From assembly GCF_902652985.1 (NCBI RefSeq), contig NC_047019.1, positions 9,238,001 to 9,302,000 of the forward strand: DNA of 64,000 nt. The letters run 5' to 3'. Of this stretch, positions 27,301-39,900 are shown piece by piece. The notes beneath the pieces are model-generated. The model was not told where the DNA came from. It worked only from the letters and a program-made list of their open reading frames with translations, and ran no database searches. Each line of letters begins with the position of its first letter. The first letter of the stretch is position 1. Position numbers and translations under genes: made by a program. The stretch comes from Pecten maximus (taxonomy: Eukaryota).

Positions 27301-30300
27301 CACAGTATCGTGTAGTAGGATACAGTATCGTGTGAAGTAGGATACAGTATCGTGTAGTAGGACACAGTATCGTGTGAAGTAGGATACAGTATCGTGTGAA
27401 GTAGGATACAGTATCGTGTGAAGTAGGACACAGTATCGTGTAGTAGGATACAGTATCGTGTGAAGTAGGATACAGTATCGTGTGGAGTAGGATACAGTAT
27501 CGTGTGAAGTAGGACACAGTATCGTGTAGTAAGATACAGTATCGTGTGAAGTAGGATACAGTATCGTGTAGTAGGACACAGTATCGTGTGAAGTAGGATA
27601 CAGTATCGTGTGGAGTAGGATACAGTATCGTGTGAAATAGGACACAGTATCGTGTGAAATAGGACACAGTATCGTGTGAAGTAGGATACAGTATCGTGTG
27701 AAGTAGGACACAATATTGTGTGAAGTAGGATACAGTATCGTGTGAAGTAGGACACAATATCGTGTGAAGTAGGATACAGTATAGTGTTAAGTAGGATACA
27801 GTATCGTGTGAAGTAAGATACAGTATCGTGTGAAGTAGGATACAGTATCGTGTGAAGTAAGATACAGTATCGTGTGAAGTAAGATACAGTATCGTGTGAA
27901 GTAGGATACAGTATCGTGTGAAGTAGGATACAGTATCGTGTGAAGTAGGATACAGTATCGTGTGAAGTAGGATACAGTATCGTGTGAAGTAAGATACAGT
28001 ATCGTGTGGAGTAGGATACAGTATCGTGTAGTAGGATACAGTATAGTGTGAAGTAGGATACAGTATAGTGTGAAGTAGGATACAGTATCGTGTGAAGTAG
28101 GATACAGTATCGTGTGAAGTAGGACACAGTATCGTGTGAAGTAGGATACAGTATGGTGTGAAGTAGGATACAGTATGGTGTGAAGTAGGATACAGTATCG
28201 TGGGTAGTAGGATACAGTATCGTGTAGTAGGACACAGTATCGTGTGAAGTAGGATACAGTATCGTGTGAAGTAGGACACAGTATCGTGTAGTAGGACACA
28301 GTATCATGTGAAGTAAGATACAGTATCATGTGAAGTAGGATACAGTATCATGTGAAGTAAGATACAGTATCGTGTGAAGTAGGATACAGTATCGTGTGAA
28401 GTAAGGTACAGTATCATGTGAAGTAGGATACAGTATCGTGTGAAGTAGGATACAGTATAGTGTTAAGTAAGATACAGTATCGTGTGAAGTAAGATACAGT
28501 ATAGTGTGAAGTAGGATACAGTATCGTGTGAAGTAGGATACAGTATCGTGTAGTAGGATACAGTATCGTGTGAAGTAGGATACAGTATCGTGTGAAGTAG
28601 GACAGTATCGTGTGAAGTAGGATACAGTATGGTGTGAAGTAGGATACAGTATCGTGTGAAGTAAGATACAGTATCGTGTGAAGTAAGATACAGTATAGTG
28701 TGAAGTAGGACACAGTATCGTGTAGTAGGATACAGTATCGTGTGAAGTAAGATACAGTATCGTGTGAAGTAGGATACAGTATCGTGTGAAGTAAGATACA
28801 GTATCGTGTGAAGTAGGATACAGTATCGTGTGAAGTAGGATACAGTATCGTGTGAAGTAGGATACAGTATCGTGTGAAGTAGGATACAGTATCGTGTGAA
28901 GTAGGATACAGTATCGTGTGGAGTAGGATACAGTATCGTGTAGTAGGATACAGTATAGTGTGAAGTAGGATACAGTATAGTGTGAAGTAGGATACAGTAT
29001 CGTGTGAAGTAGGATACAGTATCGTGTGAAGTAGGACACAGTATCGTGTGAAGTAGGATACAGTATGGTGTGAAGTAGGATACAGTATGGTGTGAAGTAG
29101 GATACAGTATCGTGGGTAGTAGGACACAGTATCGTGTAGTAGGACACAGTATCGTGTGAAGTAGGATACAGTATCGTGTGAAGTAGGACACAGTATCGTG
29201 TAGTAGGACACAGTATCATGTGAAGTAAGATACAGTATCATGTGAAGTAGGATACAGTATCATGTGAAGTAAGATACAGTATCGTGTGAAGTAGGATACA
29301 GTATCGTGTGAAGTAAGGTACAGTATCATGTGAAGTAGGATACAGTATCGTGTGAAGTAGGATACAGTATAGTGTTAAGTAAGATACAGTATCGTGTGAA
29401 GTAAGATACAGTATAGTGTGAAGTAGGATACAGTATCGTGTGAAGTAGGATACAGTATCGTGTAGTAGGATACAGTATCGTGTGAAGTAGGATACAGTAT
29501 CGTGTGAAGTAGGATACAGTATCGTGTGAAGTAGGACAGTATCGTGTGAAGTAGGATACAGTATGGTGTGAAGTAGGATACAGTATCGTGTGAAGTAAGA
29601 TACAGTATCGTGTGAAGTAAGATACAGTATAGTGTGAAGTAGGACACAGTATCGTGTAGTAGGATACAGTATCGTATGGAGTAGGATACAGTATCGTGTG
29701 AAGTAGGACACAGTATCGTGTAGTAGGATACAGTATCGTATAAAGTAGGATACAGTATCGTGTGAAGTAGGATACAGTATCGTGTGAAGTAGGATACAGT
29801 ATCGTGTGAAGTAGGATACAGTATCATGTGGAGTAGGATACAGTATCTTGTAGTAGGATACAGTATAGTGTGAAGTAGGATACAGTATAGTGTGAAGTAG
29901 GATACAGTATCGTGTGAAGTAGGATACAGTATCGTGTAGTAGGACACAGTATCGTGTAGTAGGACACAGTATCGTGTGAAGTAGGACACAGTATCGTGTA
30001 GTAGGATACAGTATCGTGTGAAGTAGGACAGTATCGTGTGAAGTAGGACACAGAATCGTGTAGTAGGATATAGTATCGTGTGAAGTAGGATACAGTATCG
30101 TGTGAAGTAGGATACAGTATCGTGTAGTAGGATACAGTATCGTGTAGTAGGATACAGTATTGTGTGAAGTAGGACACAGTATCGTGTGAAGTAGGACACA
30201 GTATCGTGTGAAGTAGGACACAGTATCGTGAAGTAGGATACAGTATCGTGTGAAGTAGGATACAGTATCGTGTAGTAGGATACAGTATCGTGTGAAGTAG

Positions 30301-30872
30301 GATACAGTATCGTGTGAAGTAGGATACAGTATCGTGGGAAGTAGGACACAGTATCGTGTGAAGTAGGATACAGTATCGTGTAGTAGGATACAGTATCGTG
30401 TGTAGTAGGATACAGTATCGTGTGAAGTAGGATACAGTATCGTGTGAAGTAGGATACAGTATCGTTTAGTAGGATACAGTATCGTGTGAAGTAGGATACA
30501 GTATCGTGTAGTAAGATACAGTATCGTGTGAAGTAGGACACAGTATCGTGTGAAGTAGGATACAGTATCGTGTGAAGTAGGATACAGTATCGTGTGAAGT
30601 AGGATACAGTATCGTGTGAAGTAGGATACAGTATCGTGTGAAGTAGGATACAGTTTAGTGTGAAGTAGGACACAGTATCGTGGGAAGTAGGATACAGTAT
30701 CGTGTGAAGTAGGACACAGCATCGTGTGAAGTAGGGCACAGTATCGTGGGAAGTAGGACACAGTATCGTGTGAAGTAGGATACAGTATCGTGTGAAGTAG
30801 GATACAGTATCGTGGGAAGTAGGATACAGTATCGTTGGAAGTAGGACACAGTATCGTGTGACGTAGGATACA
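21326..30872. repeat. 22-bp satellite (GAAGTAGGATACAGTATCGTGT) with 20-bp variants, ~9.5 kb, ~440 units
   Basis: Direct periodicity; source of all the TILYPTSHDTVSYFTRYCILLH ORFs; contains duplicated blocks (e.g. 912-bp offset, 28401 vs 29313). Confidence 0.99.
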
Positions 30873-31718
30873 ATAAATATCTTGCAATGTACACATGACT
30901 TGTAGGATCTTGGCAAATTCGTGAAATTCTATAATTGTGAATTGTTAATTCTGCTATTAAGACATAATATATATTTGATGATAGATTGACCTCATTATCG
31001 TGAATATCGCACAAGACATTTCTTAGTGTATAAGCTCGATCTGTCTTAAACCGTGATTTTTTCTGATAAATAGTAAAATGGTTTTAAGAAATAGCGAACT
31101 ATTTTTAAAACACTTACTTTTTACCTCGGTTCATGTTGATAAAGAATGCTGCACGGGTCACGTGGGTTCGAGTGACGAGTCCATGCACAGCGTTGTAACA
31201 GCGTCTTAGTCATATGAATGTTTTTTATTATTATTATTACTCCTGATAACACTTTCCAAAAGTGATTTCTGCACTTACAATCGCTTTAAGAGTGAGTCAA
31301 AGTGTGAAAGCTGAAGTACAATTAAAATGATTTTTATTAGGAACAAATGCCATCCCTGACCACTATAGGGGAAATGTTACATTTCAATAGTTAATCGGCC
31401 AACACTCAACAGGGCAGACAGATGGCTCGAGTACTGCCACCGCTTTAAATTTGAAATTGTTCACATTTTCCTACACATCGACATAGTTAACGTTGTTGGA
31501 AGGGCTATTGTGTATGACAAGCATATATCCTAGCGACAATTTAAGACATTGATTGTGCAAAATATGAATCAATGAAAAAATCTTACCAACTGTTGCAAGT
31601 TTACATAAATTGAATAAGCGTTTGTGTCTTTTCGTATAACTTTCAATGAAATATGAATTAAAAAGTTATTTCACTTTGAATTCCTGTCACGTGTGGTGAC
31701 CAAAAGTCCGTAAATTGA

Positions 31719-32639
31719 TCAACTTCCGTCATATGTCAATAGGGTAGGTACTGGGTCAATGACGACATGTTTCCGGTCGTTAGATTGCCTCCTTGGCCTT
31801 CTTGTGGTCACGTGACCGGATTTACCAGTGCTCCCTCCGTTTTCCTCACCTGTCTGATATGTATCCAAAATTACCTGCCTCATCTTTCTGTTTTCAATCT
31901 CCCCACATTCGGAACAGAAGCGCTTCCCTAACACATCACAGAACTGCGCGCGCGTTCCCCGACTTCTGACGAACGCTTTTTTGTGTCTTTTACCTTTCGA
32001 TGTCGCAGTGGCAGCGCATTCTGGCTTTTTGGAATTTCTTGTCGCGAATGCTTCTGTATACTTATCACTGACGTAACGTCGCCTGCATTCGTGGCATGTA
32101 AACAGATCTTTGTTCATACTTGGGAAATAAACTTCGTCACGGGCAAATTTTGATATTTTCCCTTCCGTCTGAAAATCTTTCATGACATAATGTTTTTCTG
32201 CTAAATCAACATAATTAGAAATGTTAGATTTTACTCTCCCAGACGTTTGTAAAGGTGGAAGCATAATTGAGTTTTCCCGCGTGACAAGTTTGTAAAATTT
32301 GTCGACACTGCCATTATATATACCTGTTTCTGAGATATTTCCATATTTGTGAACACTTGGCTGGAAACGGGCCTTTCCAGGTTTTACGTTTCTCCAAAAT
32401 TGCGCCCTGTCACTAAACTGTCTTGGAGACAATTTCGAACTTGGCGATTGAACCGGAAGTGAACTTTGCAACGGATGTAAACTCCTGCGCCAAAACAAAT
32501 CCTGTTCTTCCGAGTCTTCGTTAGAGCTCCAGCTATTATTGAGAAAAATGGATGGAAGCTGGAGTTCTCGCTTTTTATTCGTCCGTTTTGGTCGTTTGAC
32601 GTTCATGCCTTCACTTGGAATGTCTTGAAATACTTTCAT
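31719..32639 (-). CDS. Uncharacterised 306-aa basic protein, apparently single coding exon
   Basis: 921-nt non-repetitive ORF in AT-rich DNA, GC higher than its flanks; ATG in AAAACAATG context; AATAAA on the minus strand at ~31333-31338; CHEC and CSEC motifs. No family recognised. Confidence 0.72.
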   Translation of the reverse strand: MKVFQDIPSEGMNVKRPKRTNKKRELQLPSIFLNNSWSSNEDSEEQDLFWRRSLHPLQSSLPVQSPSSKLSPRQFSDRAQFWRNVKPGKARFQPSVHKYGNISETGIYNGSVDKFYKLVTRENSIMLPPLQTSGRVKSNISNYVDLAEKHYVMKDFQTEGKISKFARDEVYFPSMNKDLFTCHECRRRYVSDKYTEAFATRNSKKPECAATATSKGKRHKKAFVRSRGTRAQFCDVLGKRFCSECGEIENRKMRQVILDTYQTGEENGGSTGKSGHVTTRRPRRQSNDRKHVVIDPVPTLLTYDGS

Positions 32640-34498
32640 TGTTTTAATATGTTCGCGAAATCCTTTCCCACAACACTGAATAAATTCTGATGTGTCCCAC
32701 GCTGCATTGCGGTCCCTTCAATAACATATAACGATACAAGTTTATGCGAAGACATCCGGGAAATGTTGGGTAATTTAAATCGACATTTGATACATTTGTA
32801 ATAATCAGGATTATTTCACAACTGCTTTTGTCTATTCAGTAAACAAAATTTCCTTCCAAAAAAATATTACCCTTACATAAAAATCATTCCCTGTCAAAAC
32901 AGCACTTGAAAACACAACTCTTAACCTTTTTGAAACTCCTCATATGTTGATACACAATCCGTAGCAAATTTCAGCGAATAAAATGGTGTTTCCTGGATGT
33001 TAATGAATGAAATCTTCTTCCACATTAGATTACGCGTAAATTGCGCTTAAAACTTTCCATGTAGCTAAAGTTTCACTTCTCTCGAACATAAGCTGAAGTT
33101 GAGATCTTGAGTGGGTATCTAAACGTCAAACATTGGTATTTACACCTGCTTCAAACTAGCGTCCTTATACTCGAGATTAAATATACCTTTCCTGAAGCTT
33201 ATTGTGTTCCGTTATTTGGCTGAAACAGTTCGAACATTTGTGAATTCATGTTAACAGGAATGCCCATCATTATGCAGAATGCTTGAACGTTATCCATATT
33301 TTTATGAAGATGTAACTAAGGCTTTTATACGGGCTTTACAAAGCGATTCAGAGTAAACATCATATCACAACTTCTCCGAATTCTACTTCATACGATATAT
33401 TCTGATGACTCCGTTCCATTTTGGCGCTGTCCTTCTCCGGTATAGGCTGGACCGTGTAATGGAAAGCAATCATTGTATAGATTGCATGTTGACAAGCTTT
33501 CTGATATCGCCAGTCAAACGCAAGAATGTCTGCCAATAATATTCACGCTGTGTATACCCGTGTACATGTACAGCATATATACCAATACATGTCTGTATGC
33601 AAAGTGTAAACTCCACAAGTGTTTGATAAATATTCTCATTAAAGTCCTTAAATGTCAACCCTGTACAGATAAGTGTACTGGTTGTCCTGTGCCGTGTTTG
33701 TAAAATATAGCCTATCTAAATGTCAATTTAATATACCCCCTCTAAACTCGGACGGCCTACGTCTGCTTCCTGTTCTACACAAAATCATGGTCAGCTTCAC
33801 GCTTATGCAAATATGTTTTCCTAAAATATTTCTAATTATAAAATCGCATGCAAATAACGGTGTATTTTTGACAGGTGACCTTTGGTGATGAATGAGGATT
33901 TTATTTCAGGATTTTATTTCTTAAATTGAAAAGAAACCCCACGCTGAATTATATAGTTTGTCAACAGCTCATAGCGTTTCTATGTTAGAGTTTACTTACT
34001 AATACACAGCAGGTCACATGCGCTTTATATTAAGTCACACTATCGCTCCATTAAAACATTCCCCAAATTGACCCAAACTATTGACACCTCGCGAGCCTGA
34101 ACCGACTTTATTTGTAGAACCATAAATAAATTATGCACGCAGATTTACTCGGCATACATTTTTCTTCAAACCACAATGGCTAATGTGTTTGTGATCCTTT
34201 TCAAGCGAAACACGGACCAAATTGATATTTACAGGAGGGATATACACGATTTTACAAATTTATATATCAATATTTCTGAATCTATAATAGAATAAATTGT
34301 TAATCCTTTAATGAAATTTTAATCTGCTCTATCCCATTTAGTCTCACGCGTTTTACCCTTCATAACGGCAGCTTACTTAACCACAAACAGCAGTCGAATG
34401 GCCCTGTCGGGTGTATTTGAATTCAGGCCATACCAAGTAAATTATTGCGTATGTTGCGTGCTGAACTATATTAATAAACATTCACCTTACGTCAAACT

Positions 34499-34681
34499 AT
34501 CACTAGCCCTCCACCTCTGGGTTGAGAGTTCGAAACCTACGTGGGCCAGTTGCCAGGTACTGACCGTAGGCCGGTGGTTTTTCTCCGGGTACTCCGACTT
34601 TTCTCCACCTCCAAAACCTTGCACGTCCTTAAATGACCCTGGCTATTCATAGGACGTTAAAAAAAAACACAAAAAAAAACC
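34499..34681 (+). mobile_element. V-type SINE family A, 5'-truncated, with A-rich tail
   Basis: Matches the other family A copies; flanked by CGTCAAACT (34490-34498) and CGTCGAACT (34682-34690), a probable 9-bp TSD with one mismatch. Confidence 0.88.
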
Positions 34682-34865
34682 CGTCGAACTTTGCTATAAC
34701 GTCCAGCTTTTGCTGGTATAGAGGGGTTTGCCAATGCTTTTAGTCAGAGAGTAACAAAGAAATTATGAAAAGTGGACCAGGAACTATTTCGATAAGCCAT
34801 GTAGTAAGCATAAATGGCAGTATATCGAGACTTTACTGAACACATCGAGATTTTACTTCACGTTA

Positions 34866-35345
34866 CAAAATGCATCAGGGGCTTTATATCGAGGTTCACG
34901 AGGGGAACTATATCGATATTTACGAGGGGCACTTTATCAAGGTTTTCTGGGGATTATATCGAGGTTTGCGGATGGCATTTTATCGAGGTTAACGAGTGGC
35001 ATTATATCGAGGTTTACTGGGGGCATTATATCGAGGTTTACGGGGGCATTATATCTAGGTTTACGAAGGGCATTATATCGAGGTTTACGGGGTATTATAT
35101 CGAGGTTTACGGGGGGTGGGGGCATTATATCGAGGTTTACGAAGGGCATTATATCGAGGTTTACGGGGTATTATATCGAGGTTGGCGGGGGGGGGCATTA
35201 TATCGAGGTTTACGGGGGGGCACTATATCGAGGTTTACGAAGGGCATTATATCGAGGTTTACGGGGGGGGGGGGGACAAGTGGGGGGGGGGGGGACAAGT
35301 GGGGGGGGGGGGGGAACAAGTGGGGGGGGGGGGGGGGGACAAGGG
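34866..35345. repeat. ~22-bp minisatellite (GGGCATTATATCGAGGTTTAC) grading into (G)nACAAGT units
   Basis: About 18 copies of TATATCGAGGTTTAC separated by G-runs of variable length. Confidence 0.92.
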
Positions 35346-36173
35346 ACATCACCGACATATCGAAGTAAGTGAAGCATTAGTAATGAGTGATGTTATATCA
35401 AGATCTTACGTTCTTTTATGATTTATCTCATTTTTTAACAAAATATTATCACCATAGTGCTGTAAAACAACAGTATTCAGATTTTTTTCTAGCGAAGACA
35501 TGTCTAGTGCGTAAAACAAGTAATGGAATTTGCTTGGCTCTGGCGTTGAAATCGTGACCGACGTACCGTTTTGATAGTATATATAATATGTATGTTGATC
35601 TTTTCTGTTACGTTCGTTTGATGTTGTACAGATATATCCCTTTAGGTGTAACTTTATACCTCACTTAGAAATCACTCGAATAAAAATTGCATTTATGGAT
35701 TTTAAATTACATCATTACACTTTTGTAAAATTCAAATACAAACTTATGTTGTCTAAGCAAAGTATTGTTTGCTTATCGAGTTTTTTACATTCAAAATATT
35801 TTAATGATTTATAATCTAAATACTTTCATTATAAAATGGTGTATAATTGATGAGCATATAATTATAATTAATACATGTACACAATGTTTTAACAATAAAA
35901 TTCTGTATTTTTTAGGAGTTTGGGATCGTGAAAATCTACGAGATTGATTTCAAAGCTAACAGAGCTTTCAATGAAGTTGTAATATGGTAAAACAGAACTA
36001 CAAACTCGAGATAAATATCTCAAGTTAAATTACCATGCCATTCATTCGATTGTGATAGAATTGTAACAAATCTGTTAAGCTGCAATTTACTTGATTTTAA
36101 ATGTATGTACAGGACGTTAAAATGGAACTAACAAATAGAAAAATGCAATTTAACTAATTTCTCGTTTCATTAC

Positions 36174-36307
36174 TACGGAAGAGCATTAGGGCCAAGAAGC
36201 AAAAAAAATAAATTCATTTTTTCGTGTTAATATCTCGAAATTTCGAGTTATTAACACGAAAAAATGAATTTATTTTTTTTGCTTCATGGCCCTAATGCTC
36301 TTCCGTA
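36174..36307. mobile_element. 134-bp near-perfect palindromic MITE
   Basis: TACGGAAGAGCATTAGGGCC...CTCGAAA|TTTCGAG...GGCCCTAATGCTCTTCCGTA; two mismatched pairs. Confidence 0.85.
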
Positions 36308-36960
36308 CATTTGCTATCTCAGTTAACATATTTTAATATTGCCTTCCCCATTTCTCTTTCGGTTTTCTTGATATATCATCATCGCTAGATCTATCATCAC
36401 TTTATAATTGGGAATAGTATCATATACTTCGTGTGTACAAGGTATCATAATTTTACCATTTATTATATTTCGTCAATGTCAACATCAAAACAAAACTCAT
36501 TCAGAAAGTGATTTTAACTTTTAAATACATAAATAATCATAAGGTATTTTTAGAATGATTAGTTAACAAATAACAAAATCGAGTCTCGTGCCCCGATGTG
36601 ACAAGTACTATATGCCGTCCGTAGGTCACATGTATAAATACAATGGGTCTATCTACTCAACGCAAGAAGTCTGCCAAATAAAATAGTGCGTTTTCGAGTG
36701 CTTGGTGAGCGCAGTCNNNNNNNNNNNNNNNNNNNNNNNNNNNNNNNNNNNNNNNNNNNNNNNNNNNNNNNNNNNNNNNNNNNNNNNNNNNNNNNNNNNN
36801 NNNNNNNNNNNNNNNNNNNNNNNNNNNNNNNNNNNNNNNNNNNNNNNNNNNNNNNNNNCTGATATCGCCTGGTCATCCCGTTTTGCAGGTGACGTCATTA
36901 GGTACAAGGAAAAAGTAGTGTGTTTTCGAGTGCTTGGTGAGCGCAGTCAATATATAAAGG

Positions 36961-36992
<32 letters not shown>

Positions 36993-36999
36993 AGCATGG

Positions 37000-39900
37000 T
37001 CATCCCGTTTTGCAGGTGACGTCATCAGGCACAAGGAAAACGTTTTCGTCTAACGCTACATTTTCAATGTAGACAAACGTCTTTTCCACACCGTCAACGT
37101 AAACCCTACAGATACAAACACAAACTTAAAATGAAAGTCAGATAACGTTTTTCTTTTCTTTAGGACCTTAAAATTACAAGCCGGGAATAATGATTGCGAT
37201 GTTTTGCACGTGCAGCATAAAGTTGTTCCTAAATAGTTAAACTATAGATTTGATGTAAAATTTACAAAATTAATTACCTAAATGGGTCATATATGTATAT
37301 AAATTATTGATCGCAGGGCCACTGACGTATAAATCTCAACCAATTTGTTAACCTTTTACCCAGAGTGCAAGAGCAGGGACAGTGAAGCTCATTCAGTTAA
37401 AACGCCGGCCACGTACATGAATACTTCAGCTGAAATCCGAGGAGCTACGTTTGTGTTTCTCGGGAAGCTGAGACACGGGTCGGTCTGTGTGAACAACAAA
37501 CGAGACCTGTCGCATAACATCCAGAGCAATTACTTTTAATTGCTCTGGATGTTATGCGACAGGTCTCGTTTGTTGTTCAGTGAGGTAGTCACCAACTACT
37601 ACAAGGAGACACAGCCTCAAAATGACCTGGCTGTTAACGGGTGATAAACCAAAACAAAACTTACCTAGAGCAAAAATTTCTGTATGTGCGCTGACTGGAG
37701 ATTGATATTCAAGCTTTACTTACTTGTATGGTAATCCATTGGCGACGTGGAAGAAATAGTCATTCGTGAAGAGAAAATAATCTGTTCTCCAATGGTTATA
37801 CGTAGTAAAGTTGTCCGTCGCTTGTTCAATAAATTCCAGCCCAGGCAACAATGGACTGCGGGGATACATCGTCGTCATATTACTGAACAAACAATAGAAA
37901 AACTGATATTAAAACGAAAAGTAATTCTAACTCAAATACGAACAAACAATAGAAACATTGATATTAAAGCGAAAGAGTAATTTTTACTCAATTACGAACA
38001 AAAATAACTAAAAACCGACAAACAATGGCATGATCCTAAAGAAATATATAGATTTTTATTGAAAAAATACAAGGAGAGATAAACCAGGCGTTTCGGAGGG
38101 GAAACGTCTTCTGCTTCATCGGCGACACGCACCATGTGAATTATTCTTTTATTATATTCTATTATTAGAGAGTGGGGTGTTCTGCTTGGTGTCTTCAGCA
38201 GTAAGCTTCAGTGAGGTAGCACTATAAAGTTGACATTAGTTTTACACAACCACCAGGAGACAAAAATGAACATACCGTTGTCTCCCAAAATACACTACAT
38301 GTATTGCGCATGACTTTTGATGTAGATATCAATTTTGATATGGGATGTTGTTAGATGTTCACGTAACGTACAGTGTAGTGAAAATAACCATCTAGTTTTT
38401 AATTAGATTGGAAAACCACTCGGGCCATTCCGTCATATTGTTTTTCCGAAGATATGACGGAAAAACCCGAGTGGTTTTTCGATTGAATGAAAAGGAAACT
38501 GAAAAGGGAGCAAAATGAAACATGCTCTCTGATTGGCCAAGATTATAATCAAACCCCTATCGACAAATGTTTTGGCGGTTTACATTAACATTTTGAATTA
38601 GGCCTACATCACACTCTAGAATTTAAACGGATGTGCTATTATTGAATAAGTCGTACAGAAGGATAGGCCGAAAAGATCATTTTCATGCATAGTTCACAGA
38701 ACGACGTCTTTCGAAATTATCTATTATTATTTTTTTGCTATGCTCTTTTCTTTATTGAAATGATTTGATTATAGTTAATACTACACATGGTTGTTGAGAA
38801 TTGGGGTTCTAGAAGTTGTTATAACTTCTCCATTTGTTTATTGCAATAAAATATGTTTAAATGATGAAGAAAACAACTTACTAAACCGTGCATTGGTGGT
38901 AAGGTTTTGTGGGTGCCGGAAATATGTCATATTCTTTCCCGTTGTCATAGTGATATAGATAGATGTATAACGGCGATCCAAGGTGTGAGCATGCGTAGTC
39001 GAAACTGTTGTCGGAATATGTGAGGTTACTGTGTTTATCTTAAGAGAGAGAGAGAAAATACAGCCTTTCAATATAACAGTGATGTACACGTGGCTGTAAT
39101 GTCAATTAAAGACAGGACAGATCCTCAAAAAATGGAATTATCTTTATAGATGTCACATATCAATAATTAATTTTCCATTGTTTGTACGCAGAATACGGCT
39201 TTCTGATTGGTTGAGATTTTTTTTATACCTCTATGAAAAAGAAAACAAAATGGCGCGAAAAATGTGATGTCACAATACGGCCATTGATGTTGTGTATTGA
39301 TTTGTGAATCCCTTATAAGATCAGTTAAATTGTACACAAAACATGTTTTGATTTTGAATATCAATCTCAAAAATTAGTTATAAGCGTTGATGTCAATTAT
39401 TTTTTAGTTTCATAGGGACATGGAAAAAAATGTGTGTAACTTTTGTAAGAATTCGCTAGTCTACGCGGATTCATACAGTTTGCAAACAGATTTTTTTTCA
39501 TACCCCAATGAAACTAAAAAATGACATCAATGCTTAATTAGTTACGCATCCAATAAGACACAAACGCATGATCTAATAAGTATACTCTTGATACTTTTAC
39601 ATTGTGTCAAGGCTCAAAACACATGTCACAATAGCCAGGCACACTCTAATGCATGTGTCACCTTGCGAAATCAAACACACCATGAAATATACAATTCAAG
39701 AATTTGAGAAAAAATACGAAGCACACGTGCCATAAGATTCTCGTGCATACCTATAAATTATGACGTAACGTCCATTTTTATGGTTAGCCCGAGTTTTCTC
39801 TGGCCCTGTCAAACCTACACCAGACATGGTGACAGGGCCACAGAAAACTCGGGCTACCTCTAGGTTGGAGTCAAAAGACTAGACGCACCCACAGGGACTT

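Noticed and set aside
21277-31014. Very long minus-strand ORFs (up to 2299 aa)
   Set aside because: Translations of a 22-bp satellite; open in all frames, with frame-shifting 20-bp variants and no codon-level constraint.
34814-35421. Gly/Pro-rich ORFs
   Set aside because: Derived from a minisatellite and G-runs.
37582-37604. let-7-like start TGAGGTAGT next to a hairpin
   Set aside because: Only 9 nt match, it lies outside the stem, and it is part of a SINE fragment also seen at ~38210.
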